64,000 nucleotides of DNA from Paecilomyces variotii (lineage: Eukaryota): assembly GCA_004022145.1 (NCBI GenBank), contig RCNU01000001.1; one strand, written 5' to 3'. Below, piece after piece: positions 52,611-64,000 of this stretch. The stretch's first letter is position 1, and every line of letters begins with the position of its first letter. The notes beneath the pieces are model-generated. The model was given only the letters and a program-made list of their open reading frames with translations, made no database searches and was not told the DNA's origin. A program made the position numbers and the translations under genes.

Positions 52611-55600
52611 CACTGATAGCTTTCCGGAGCTCTGGTTTCCACGAGCTCTGTTTCTCTCGATTCCTTTGACTATCCTCACTGTCGCGGCTGCTTCTCCAAC
52701 TGTATAGAACTCTACGCTGCCGTCTGTGTAACGCAGCACGACTTCGACCAAGCGGGGCAAGGTCCGGACGCAGTCCCGGCGGGATCGCCTGCTCGTGAGC
52801 TAATAACTATTCAGATACAGCTGCTGGAATACCAATATATAAGCACCGTATAGTTATTAATGTGGCAAGAAAGCACCTGACGTACTTTTATCCGCGATCA
52901 CTCTGTGGTCTCTCACGGCGAACCAGCTGCCCGAGTCACCGGAGAACCGTAGGTGTAGCTAGTATCGATAACGCCAACCAGCAGTGCCAAGGAGCTTGAT
53001 AAACTCTCCCTGGTTTTTGCAGAGTAAGGAGCAATTTGGGGAGGAATATGCAGAAATGTGAAAGGGTTTGTTGATTGTATGCGGGGGAATCAATGTCATG
53101 TCAACTTGGGGATGGTCGGCCTCTCCACCAGGATAAGATAACTTCGGCCAGTAAATTTACCGCCTTTCGCACCGCCTTCCTACTATGGTCGTAGCATCTC
53201 GAGGTACTCTGGGTACAGTACAATGATGACAGGCGAATGAAGAGAAATCCAGCAAGATTTTCTATTAGGATATCATATTCAATGGAAAGGGATACTGGCC
53301 TCATGATAATGATCAGTTCGACTTTATCGACAAATTACTAGATTTATCGAGTATATGTGTGTATTGTAGGTAAGTATATATTTACAACACATCTAGGGAC
53401 TCCAAATCATCAAGCCAAAAAACAAACCATACCCCAAACCACATTTCCCATCCCCCCTTCTTTTCTATAAATACTTGAACCTCGGCAATACAACGAAGCC
53501 CAATAACAACGAACTTTCTAGACGCTCTTACACGGGTATAGAGCTTCACTAGGTACCTACCTACCTAGTCACAGCCAGGGACCTCAGCCGCTGTCTGTAA
53601 CCAGGAACGACAGAGTGGGGGAGAGATAAAGGGATCAGCAGCCTGGGGTGCAGTTTCATTTTGACATACATACATAGGTAGGACCGAGAATCGAAAAATG
53701 CAGCCTACTTGACATGTCAACAGGAGAAGGATATGCAAGGGAAGCTGTGGTTGGTTAGGATACTGAATCGGGCTTTGTGCAGATTGGACCTTGGAATTTT
53801 GGGTCCTGGATCCCTGGAAGGCGGAGTGAGAGATGGATGAGGATCGTCGGGTTTTCTAGTCTATTGATTGTGTAAGTACTGTTATCGCCCCTGAGAATGG
53901 GTTGTTCGCGTTAATGTTGATTTGGGTATTTTCAGGTGAGAAAAATACCTAGGTTTCGAGAAGTGAGCTAGATAGACGCGATTGTGTGCTGTAGCTGGGC
54001 CAGATAGAGCCACCAGCCAGTATACTTACACCTTCTTTGCATGTCTGTAAATACTACCGCTAGGACATGCTTGTATAATGGTAAATGCCCTTCATGGTAG
54101 AGACATACATAACTGATCCTAAACATCAGACGCAATATGAAGCTCAACATTATCGTGAAACAGGCCTTTACTAGAGTAGGAAGGAGGTTTCGCATAGCGA
54201 TTAGACGGGTGTTTACGCCTATCCCGGCAGCAGATCCTGTCATTATATGCAACTGGCCGTTACTGTGTCGAGATCTATCAACTGAAACTAGCGCCCAATC
54301 TTCCTAGAAGAGATCCAGAAAGCCATTAGTGTAACCAAGGGTGGATTGGCGCGGCAATTCATCCTATCGTCACCTAGATTCGACGCGGGAAGTCTAGGAT
54401 GATGCGCAAGACAACAGCTGGGCGCTACCAAGGTCGAAGTTGAAACATGCAGCAGGTCTACCTTGGTTGGAGATATATGATCTACAGGCAAAGCTCAATG
54501 CTCCAGCAGTCATGGAAATAACAGAGTCCATCCATCTCAGGAGACGAGGATACATTGGACCCCAAAATAGAGAGCAGTAAGCATGTGCATAGGAGAGAGA
54601 GGCTGTGACCGCGCCGAAGTCCTGGGTATAGCTGCGGGCGTTGACAGAAACGGGTATTCTAGACGTTGAGGAATAATCGAAAATCTCCGTCCCCCAACGA
54701 CTGGGCGCTGCTTTTTGGGATTATGCGAGAACGCGACGGTTCCAATGACCCGAAACCCGGCGACCCGTAAACAGAAACAATGTATCTATCCGCGTGGCGT
54801 GCACCAGAGGCCACGGCACCAAAGTGATGGGTTTTCCTCTGTAACAAGAATGGCTAGCAGCTATCAGTATCCAGGGGAAGTATGAGCTGACATACTTGGA
54901 GGAAGCCAAAAAGGGCCTCGTGCATCCGTCACCAAAGATCCCCTACATCATGCGTAGAATCTTACATTTTTAGATATCTGGAAGCCCTGATCGAATAAAA
55001 GAATACAACCTCGGGACCTTTTTCAGGCTGACACGGTTGGCTAGAGAACGCCTTTCTGGGATTATCATTGGGGACGATAGTGATCTTCCCGTTCAGTGGC
55101 GAGTCCAAGAATATGGTTCGCTATGGAAGCCTGCTTCCCGATAATAGAAGAGACCCATTCACGTTCCCGTCTTGAAACCTCCCCAGAAGACTGATGAGCA
55201 CTATATTGACAAGAGACACTGGTGACTGATCCATTTGAATCACTGTTTATCCCAGACAGCTACTTGCCCACGTTAGGAAGGTGTATATGGAGTGACACTG
55301 TATTCAGCTTCTTTGCAAGGTGCGACTGGCCGTTGGGCTTAGACCCCAACCTCAAATACTATCAAATCAAGACTGAGATGGCCAAACCACTCCCGTTCTC
55401 AATGAGAGATAAAGAAGTGGAAACGGAGTTCCGTTTCGTTCGCATCTGTTTATCTGAAATGGACATTCATCAGCTAAGAGTTTAGCAGCAGAGCAGTGTC
55501 GTTTGGCACAGGAACCATAAGAGTCAGAGAAAGTAAGCCAGACACATTCCAAACTGATCGATAGGCCACTTCGAGCGGAAATCTAGCCAGGACAATCTAA

Positions 55601-55704
55601 CAGAATGCATAGGCTTCAATTGAAATCCCCTGCATCTTCGTGTGTGACACGACGATACAGAATAGAAGAGCGGTGGAAGCTGCAATATCAGACGCAGAAG
55701 CAAC

Positions 55705-57374
55705 ATGGATTGTGCCTGGAGTCATTCAAAGATAGACGGTGAACAGTCGAATCTTATATCGCCCGCAAATTCGATGACGCAAATGCAAATACCGAGCATA
55801 AAGTTAGCAGAAGTCTGTCACCAGCAACCTGCCCATCAATATATATCAGAAGGCCAAAGTGAAGCGACACATCAATCCTTCTGGAAGCCACCTCTACGGA
55901 GTCAAGTCGCCCCAGGCAACCATTCTCTTGCGGCGGGAGGGACGAGCAAAGGAGCGCCGATATCACGATGCGGTTCGTGGGCCTCCCATTTGGCAGCTCA
56001 AGAATCGCTTGCTCATGGCACATCTCATGTGTCTCAATCGAGTCACTTGATGGACTGTCAACAAGGTCGAACGAAGACTCCTCTGAGCAGCGTTGAAGAG
56101 ATCCCAGCACAATTGCCATTGACATCCGACTATACGGTAGATCGAGGAATGCCGGTGGAACCGATGGGAACTGCATACAAACAGGATAATGTTTCTCCTT
56201 CATCGCCCAGCTACTTCCAAGTAGCGAATGAGGAACATGCGTTCCACGGCCTCCCATGGGCTGAAAATTGCCGTGATAACATATCACAAAGCTCTTGGAG
56301 CACAGCAACGCCATCCCCACTACCGATGGACATCTCAAGAGATGATACTCAATTCGTATTTGCACACGAGTATTTCCAAAAGGGGTTATATGATCGACAT
56401 TGCAAAGAGGAAACCGATAACTTTCCTCTGGGGAGCGACGGCTACGGTGCTCCCTTTCTCGATGCATACCACGGAGCCGTGGCGCTTTGCTATCCAGGGA
56501 ACTTCGAACAATCATCTCACTTCCCAAACGGTGCCAATATGATCGAGAGGAATGAAGAGATCGACGGTCCCTGCATGAACAAGCAGTATATGTGTACTGA
56601 AATCCAAAATTGGACAGCTGTCGTTGAAGATGGCATTGAGTTGCCACGGTTTCCCACGTTATGCGGCGATACATACAGCGATTGCTCGTCCTTCTCATCG
56701 GGTGTCTATACACAAGACTCCACGATGACCGCGTCAGATATGGAACTGTCCAACGACGAATCGGTTATTCCACGCCCTCCTCACCATCCACACGTAGAGG
56801 GAAATGCCACTGACTTGCCACAACCGTCATCTTCGAACCTCAAAGAAGAAGAACCAAACAGAGAGCAAAGACCCGAAAGCCCCAAGCCTCGTTTACGCCG
56901 AAGAGCATGTGTAGGACAGAACTCGGAAAGAAATATCACCAGAGACGCATTCTTGGTCGACTGTAAACGACGAGGGGTGTCATACAGAGACATAAAAAGA
57001 ATTGGAGGCTTCGAGGAGGCTGAATCGACTCTTCGAGGAAGGTATCGTACACTCACAAAAAGCAAGGAGTTCCGCGTAAGGAAGCCGCAGTGGCAGGAAA
57101 AGGATGTGAGTTCGATCCTCAGTATTCAAGAAAGCATGGGAGTAAACGTACTGATTCGTGTTGTGTTTCTCAGGTAAGACTCCTTCAAGAAGCAGTAATG
57201 GCCTGTTTAATGTCATCGCCGGGATGGCAGCAGTCAAAACACCAAGGTGCGCAACCGCCGAAGATTTCTTGGAAGAGGGTTGGGGAATATATCTGGACTC
57301 ATGGTGGGTCGTACCATTTCGGCAACGCGACTTGCAAGAAGAAATGGCATGAAATCGAGGCGATCAGGGGGTGA
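55705..57374 (+). CDS. Hypothetical protein with C-terminal Myb/HTH-like repeats
   Basis: Low-complexity N-terminus, then GVSYRDIK...AESTLRGRYRTLTK...VRKPQW, an intron, and ISWKRVGEYIWTHGGSYHFGNATCKKKW. Confidence 0.8.
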
Positions 57375-57634
57375 TACATGTTGTGCTAAAATCATGACAC
57401 GCCTGTGATTGATAATTCCTTTTCCTATTTGTTTCCTTTTTGTGCATACATCGTCAAGGGGACATATAATATAGATTTATTTAGGAGCTTCCACTGTACA
57501 TTGGTATTGGATAGTCGTTTGCTAGAACTGCCATAGACATCGGCATGCAGAATGGGAAAGATCAATAATGCGATAAAGTTCAAATGCACATAATGTCGTA
57601 GCTGTGTCGTGAAGGCAGAGAGGCTCACAGCCGG

Positions 57635-58782
57635 TCATGAAGAGCGATCTGTACCATCAGACCTGGGGTAAGAAATTTCGGCAAGAACAGCGTTCAAGTT
57701 CTCTGGGTTCTTGCGCAGTTCGTTCCATTCAGCCTCAGCCTTGACCATCAGTGTACCCGCAAGGATTGTTCCGTTCAACGACAGAGTACCCGCCTGGTGC
57801 ACATCAGCCGCGTGCTGCGGGTTGATGGTCAATTGGGCCTTTTCCCTCCGTCGAGGGCAGATAATCATTGTGGATAAGGTCATGGCAAGGTTGTAGCTGA
57901 CGGCCGCGGGACCCTCCGTTCGTGACGAGTCTTCCGAAGAAGCACCCCGTGCAGCAGTCACCGCTGCTTTATACAACGAAAGATAGATCTCGTGAAGAAC
58001 ATCCGCAGAAGGATTCGACGGGATATCCCTAGCGAAATGTACAAAAGGCAGCTGCGGCAACACGAGCAATCCAGCTCCAGTCTTGGTCACCTTCTCGGTC
58101 GCGAAGTGATCCACGAGCGGCCTCCACGCATCAGATTCAGACTCGCGCATCGCCTCGACAGGCAGGAACTGTATATGCCTATGAGGCTGACTAGCCCCAC
58201 TCTCCTCTCCAGAGTTATAGAAGGCAAACAGCCTCTTAGCAGCATCGAGACCTTGGCCTCGATCTCGAACTCCATCTGTTGTTGTTGTCTCATCCCAACT
58301 CTGCAGACACGCATAGGTCGCTTCAATGTCCTCCTTTTCGAGGATATCCGTCTGGGACTTCCAGGCTTTTGTCGCGAGGATGAAGTGGTTCGCGATGACG
58401 GGAAATTTGTTCAGAACGAGGGCGTAGCGTGGTTGCTCCTGTGGTACCTCTGCGATGAGAAGGTCGGGCGAGGGGTTCTCGAACGGATCTGGTCTGGGGC
58501 CCTTCTTTTCGTCGACTTTGGGAGCTTGGTTCTGCTTCTTTGCTAGTGCAGGACAGTAGCGTAATTGATACTGGAAAGTCCAAAATTAGAAAATTCATTT
58601 CTTTCAGCGAAATTGGTCCTCATACTGCACAGGAAGGGGACATTGCTGGGCCATACCGGAATGCCAGATGCATGAAGTGTTGTTAGCTGCGTCTTTGAAA
58701 ACACAATGTGGTTGGATTCTTTCGCAGCTGTGAATCGTCTGCCCACCAGAGTGGACAGGTTTTCTGGAAGCCCTAACAGCAT
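57635..58782 (-). CDS. apa2: Diadenosine tetraphosphate (Ap4A) phosphorylase / ATP adenylyltransferase
   Basis: MLLGLPENL, intron, DPFENP, LVLNKFPVI, ASQPHRHIQF, SYNLAMT, SLNGTILAGTLMVK. Confidence 0.9.
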
Positions 58783-59338
58783 CTTGGAAAGGTAGCCTGG
58801 CGTGGAGGAACGATCTTGGAGCAGTGTCGACTGCAACGGAGAGTGTTGGAGACAATGCGGGGGAGAGCTTGATTTTCCGACGCTCGGCGCGATGACGCGG
58901 GGGTTCCAATCTCAGTTCCACCTTGGAACTCGAACAATTCCCAAAGGCAAATCATGCAATACAGTACTCGTCCGTTCACCAGATGAACTACGCTCTTCTA
59001 CGTTTGAAGCAAGGTCTGTTATAAAATGATGAATGTGAAAAAAAGTTGAGTGCTTGTATTGAATCCACAACGCTTCAATGGTATCCTGATCCAGTCCTTT
59101 TCCCATGCCCAAAAGAACCGTAGATATCACAGTGTCCAGACTAAAAGACGGTATGGTGTATATAGTCACAGAAGAGAAGACAACAGAGAAATTCAGAAGA
59201 GTCCACGCTAGAACGCTGCACAGGCACATCAAAGAAATTCCAAACCGCCTGAAACAACAGGGTGGTGTCAAATAGCACCCACCGCAAGTCAGGGATATAA
59301 AGATATATCAAGTCAAAACCGAAAAGAAGAAAAGCTTT

Positions 59339-61363
59339 CTAATAAATCAGGTCATCAATGTCCACCTCTTCCACCTGCCCATGGGACAGCTCAGGCAACA
59401 GCATGGCTGGCTGTCCCATCAGGCATGTGGAAGGAGGTCCCAGCAAAGGGCCCCTTTCTTCCTCGGTGGCATTCAAGACCCCCTCAGCCCGCTTGAGGGT
59501 CTCGACGTCGAGGTCTGTCACATAGGCATCACGGTTGGTACCGTCACCAGCACCGCCAGGAAGACGAAGGCGGACCTCGAATTCGTTGTCCAGCATCATC
59601 TCATCCTTCCAGAGGCGGTTCTGGCCGTCGAAGACACAGAGAACACGTTTCTTAGTCTTCATGTCGCTGCTCGGGCAGCCCCATGATGATGGGTAGTTGC
59701 GACGGTTATTCCGCTTCTTTGATGCGGAAGGGCGCAGCTTACTAGCAGCATTCTGAGACTGCTTCGTGATGGCGCTGTTGCCCCGAATAGGGCGAGTGTG
59801 GGTGCCGGCACCAGCCTTGGTCGATTTAAGGGAGCCCTTCCCTGATCGGCCATGCGAATTGTAGGTGTCATTAAAATCATCCTCATCATCGTCATCATTA
59901 TCGACGTCAGACTGCTGCACGGTACCGGCCGTGTCAAGCAGCATGTGCTTCTCCATGGTCTTCTTCACATCTTCATCAGCGGCTACTTCTGCCAGTCTCT
60001 GCTGGTTGATGGCTTCGCTGGGCTCCTCCTGCTGCACAACTCGCAATACACACTCGTCGAGATGCTCGTAGAAGTCCTGCGCGTTGCTGAAAGTCGCTGA
60101 GCAAGTAGAGCACTTGCCTGTGGCATCGTCACAGTAACCAGAGACCTTCTTAGAGGCAGCAGGGGTACGTTTTCGACAGTTGGGAGGAGTCTGCTCAACA
60201 CCGTGAACCGATGTCAAATGTCGCTTGAAGACATCTGCTCGGTTGAAACTCTTTTCGGCTGCGGAGCCTGATCCAGGGCAGAAGCCACAGACCATTGTAC
60301 CTTTGTAGTGGGTCAAGGTATGCCTGTTCTTGTCGTACTTGCGAGCGAAGCCTTTGATGTGGTACTCGCAGGTAACAATCGGGCATTTTTCCGGTCGCTC
60401 TGACTGGTGGGTGAGCATGTGCGCCTTGAGGTCCCTGAAAACCCGACCGCAGTCCGGGTGAGGGCAGCGGCCTTTCTCCCGACCCTCCTCATCCGTCTCA
60501 GCGGTACTGGCGACAGGGCTCTGCTGCGACGGTCGGGAATTGCTGGAAGATACTGATAACCGGCGTTCGTGGGCCGATCCCGAGCTTTGCTGGAAGCCAT
60601 GTTGTGGCATGAAAGGCGAACTAGTCACCTGTGACTGACGTTGTTGTTGTTGTTGCACATGGTGTGCCTGGGGTAGAGGTGAGCCAATCGGAGAGGAAGC
60701 AAAGAATCCCTGAGGAGCCAGGGAGTATGATGTCTCTTCGGGGTATGATAGATTGCTAGGAGGGTAGAAGGATTGCTGAGGAGGCTGAATCAATGACGGG
60801 TCCACGGAGGCGCTGGGGAATTTGTCCTGGTGAAATAGCCTGTCGGCATCGACAATACTGCCTGTGTAGTCTAGAGACAACAAATCGGGAAGTACTGCAG
60901 TAGGCAGACCAAGACCATGCTGGGTGTCGATCCACTGGTCTTGCAGGCCATGGGTAGCTGCCGAATACGGAGATCCAATGGCGGATGACGATGCACTGGC
61001 AATTGACGGGCCGGAGAGACCTGGCATCGGCTGTTCTGACGATTGGGAAGTGGTCATCGATGGAGGAGTAGAGGGAACAGGCGGAAAAGTCATCTGTTGT
61101 TGGGTGTATGGCGTCGAATCGACATACAGGGCTGAGGAGTCCATGTAGGAGTGGGCTGGCCTCGCAAGGCTCTGGTTGTGAGCGTACTGCGAGTACTCGT
61201 CCATCCCGATCCCAAAAGGATCCGTCATGGTAGGATCCATTGAGAGTTGGGGATGGTACGAAGACTGCTGATTTCGGGATGATTCGAAAGCGAGCATTTC
61301 TGAAGAATAGGAAGAGCGGGGAGGGAAAAGGATGAAGTCAGACTCGTTTCTCTGACTTTGCAT
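59339..61363 (-). CDS. nsdC: C2H2 zinc-finger transcription factor, NsdC-like
   Basis: CPHPDCGRVFRDLKAHMLTH, CPIVTCEYHIKGFARKYDKNRHTLTH, CGFC...RHLTSVH, and a C2HC motif CSTC...HLDEC. The orthology call is from recalled sequence and was not searched. Confidence 0.8.
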   Translation of the reverse strand: MQSQRNESDFILFPPRSSYSSEMLAFESSRNQQSSYHPQLSMDPTMTDPFGIGMDEYSQYAHNQSLARPAHSYMDSSALYVDSTPYTQQQMTFPPVPSTPPSMTTSQSSEQPMPGLSGPSIASASSSAIGSPYSAATHGLQDQWIDTQHGLGLPTAVLPDLLSLDYTGSIVDADRLFHQDKFPSASVDPSLIQPPQQSFYPPSNLSYPEETSYSLAPQGFFASSPIGSPLPQAHHVQQQQQRQSQVTSSPFMPQHGFQQSSGSAHERRLSVSSSNSRPSQQSPVASTAETDEEGREKGRCPHPDCGRVFRDLKAHMLTHQSERPEKCPIVTCEYHIKGFARKYDKNRHTLTHYKGTMVCGFCPGSGSAAEKSFNRADVFKRHLTSVHGVEQTPPNCRKRTPAASKKVSGYCDDATGKCSTCSATFSNAQDFYEHLDECVLRVVQQEEPSEAINQQRLAEVAADEDVKKTMEKHMLLDTAGTVQQSDVDNDDDDEDDFNDTYNSHGRSGKGSLKSTKAGAGTHTRPIRGNSAITKQSQNAASKLRPSASKKRNNRRNYPSSWGCPSSDMKTKKRVLCVFDGQNRLWKDEMMLDNEFEVRLRLPGGAGDGTNRDAYVTDLDVETLKRAEGVLNATEEERGPLLGPPSTCLMGQPAMLLPELSHGQVEEVDIDDLIY

Positions 61364-61440
61364 GCCCTCTGTGATGTTCGGGGCGGTCCGTGGTGGCAGG
61401 TGTTCGTGTTCGTGGACGGCAGCAATGTGCGGGAACTAAT

Positions 61441-61729
61441 CTGCAGCGCACAATAATAGTCAGCTATCTGAGAAGGAATGTATCAAGTGTGCGCAACATA
61501 TTTCTGCGGCTTTGTGTGTATGTCAGGAAGGTCATGGTTCTTTTCTTTTGCTTTTTCGTTTTCTTTCTCTTTCCCCCCAACCCCTCCCCTCCATCCTCCA
61601 GCTCCTAGCAGATATAGTATCCGAACTTGTGATACAAGTTTTAATGATGCAGTGCTAGCAGTAGAGGCGCTGGCGGAGTATGTGCTGTAGGAATATGTAT
61701 TTCTTCCAAAGAGTAAAATAGAAACTCAC
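61441..61729 (-). other. Predicted 5'-UTR intron of the NsdC-like gene
   Basis: Minus-strand donor GTGAGT at 61729, branch CTGAC near 61460, acceptor CAG at 61441, 77 nt upstream of the ATG. Confidence 0.6.
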
Positions 61730-62825
61730 TGCTATGCCTATGGACCCCGAGGGCTTATGGGAAGATCAGAACCAAGTGTGGTGCTTCGGTGGTGAACCAG
61801 GGGAGATAGATCGGAGATGTTTGGTAGTGATCGATGACGGTTCCAATGGCGGAAGGGATGTTTGATAATTGTAACAATCAACAGACATCAATGGCTCTGA
61901 GAATGGGGTAGAAGGAAGGAAGGATGTTGGTGTTTTGTATGTGAAGCTTTTTTTTTTCTTCTTCTCTTCTCTTCTTTTCTTTTTTTTCTTTCTTTCTCGA
62001 TATAGTCGACTGGGGCCACCGCAGTGGACACTTTATTATTTTTTTTTTTGGAAGATAGGTGGAGAGGTCAAAAAAACAATGCGGTTATACGGAGATATTG
62101 TGCGGATACCAGAATGACAGCTTGACCCGCCGGTGTCACAAGAGGAACGAGGCCTCGAGCGAGTTGATATAGAACCAAAAAAAGATGACAGGCCAGACAG
62201 CGGAGACAATGTAAGGAGATGGACGGGGGGCGAAAAGCATAGATAAATGTTTTGTGATTGCTGGCCCTACGAGGAACAAGCCCGTCCTAGGCATCCAAAC
62301 CACTGGAGCAGAGCAACTGCGCAGCGCAGCATTAGCGTGCTGGCCTAGTTGGACGGTGGAGAGAGAACAGGGGGTGGAGACAGAGACCTGGTCGGTGGTG
62401 GGCAGACTGGGGGGGCAGACGGTGGACTGTGGCAGGGTTCCCGGGAGGGCTTGCACTTTTCTGGCGGTGGCCCTGCGCTGCCCGTGGGTGATCTCGGGGC
62501 GCGACGCTGGGATTGCTGGGCCCGCAGACCGCTGCGACGGCGCTGGGGGAAAACACCCATGCTAGCTTGCCCATCCCGCAGCACGACTCGACACCCACCG
62601 GCACTGCCGCCGCCCCAAAACAGGCTAGCCCCGTATCGTACAACTCTACCCGGCTCCTGCCTTCCCCCGTCGGCCCAAACATCTCCCCCCCACCTCCGTC
62701 CATTCTAATTTCTGTTGTATCTCCGTCCGTTCGGCCCTACGAGGGCGGCGCCGAGCGTTCCTGCATCGTGCCGTACCACCGCCGTATGGTATGCCGTATG
62801 GTTATGGGTATTGTTACCGTCCCAT

Positions 62826-62931
62826 GACAGAACAGGACAGGACACGACAGGACACGACAGGACAGGCCAGACCAGGACAGGACATGGTTCCCAGCAAAAG
62901 AAGATGATGAAGAAGAAGAAGAAGAAGAAGA
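62826..62931. repeat. Simple repeats: imperfect (GACAG)n followed by (AAG)n
   Basis: gacag aacag gacag gacac gacag gacac gacag gacag..., then aagaagatgatgaagaagaagaag... Confidence 0.85.
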
Positions 62932-64000
62932 GATTGTGTGAAGTGGAAGAATGCCATGGCCAGCACTTGCCGCTCCAGGCAATCATCGTCTCTGTCCGGG
63001 CGGCCAAGGAATGCCAGAGATCTCCGAGGGATCGATCGCGTCGGATAGCAGAGGATCGTAATGGCCCATCCGTCGCCTTACTCTGCCATACTGATTGTCG
63101 CTCCTCCTCCCGGAACTGCACTTTTGCATATCCGCCCGTCGGGCGTCGGTCAGTCCGTGTCCTCCTGTCAACATGATCCACTACTGCCAGCAACAGACAA
63201 GGAGAAACAAGATTATGATGTAAGCTGGCTGCTAGATAGTTAACTAAGTAGAGACCTCCTGCAATAATAATAATAATAATGGTCTTTCATGGTTCTAGAA
63301 AAGAATTGATGGCGCCAAAAGAGAACGGAGACTGCAGATAGTCCCACACCAGACTTTACCCCCTCCTTCAAGGAAGATAATTCATGCATTGCATAGAGTA
63401 TGTAATAATACATACATAGCCCTCGACGGGGAGTTTTGGTATAATCCTAAACCAGTCCCTACAATTTAAATACTCCGATAATAAAGTGAGTTTAGAAAGA
63501 GAGAGAAAAAAAAACAAAAAGGCCAACACGATGGCCTTAGCTAGTAGTCTAACAATAAGCCCAGCGACCGCCAGGGATGGTTCTCAAATAGACAAATGCA
63601 GATCCGGATTGGAAAATCAAATACACGGTTATGGGCGACCAGGGTTGATGGTGAGAAAGCGCCCGAAGCGTCCCGTCGATTTGGGTCAAGATTTGTGGGA
63701 GAGATCAGTGGTTGCACGGGCGAACAGGAGCCTCCCGCCGGCGCGCTGATTGCTTGGCCCCAGGAACCCCACCTGGGTTTACCCGTGGCTTGGGGCGATG
63801 ATCTCTGGCTGGAGAGAACTATAGCGCACTAGCAGCTTTGGGGCAAAGCGCAGTTGACCGGGTTCGTCGCATAACTGGCGGAGACTCCGTGCTGGGTAAA
63901 ATGAGTCCGGAAGGGATGTTCGATGCCTTCTCCCCAATCGAGAGCCTCAGATGGCCGTCAACAAGTTGCGCGTGCGGTACCACGGTCGACGTGGACGTGA

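Noticed and set aside
55754-56713. 319-aa antisense ORF
   Set aside because: Shadow of the + strand gene; no domain.
62136-63243. Many overlapping ORFs upstream of the NsdC-like gene
   Set aside because: Produced by GC-rich and microsatellite sequence.

Overview
Filamentous ascomycete (Eurotiales, Aspergillus/Penicillium-like) genomic DNA with intron-containing genes. The first ~7 kb is a degenerate accessory zone: an AT-rich RIP-like coding remnant, a frameshifted PD-(D/E)xK-like pseudogene and a perfect 15-bp hairpin. The rest holds about 20 ordinary genes, including an MFS permease, an SRPK-like kinase, a GH20 hexosaminidase, a WW protein, Hrd1, a double Zn2Cys6 factor, an SDR, a kappa-GST, a P450, CsnA, an Ap4A phosphorylase and an NsdC-like factor. 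The most notable feature is a complete 4.99-kb Ty1/copia retrotransposon (28482-33471), RIP-mutated internally and inserted into a sulfatase exon. It has 137-bp LTRs with non-canonical termini (TTTC...AAGA rather than TG...CA). The four host bases on each side of its 5-bp TSD match those termini (target AAGA-CGCAA-TTTC), giving 13-bp direct repeats at the two junctions. This suggests end-matched targeting or microhomology-driven integration. All product calls come from motif recognition; no database searches were run.
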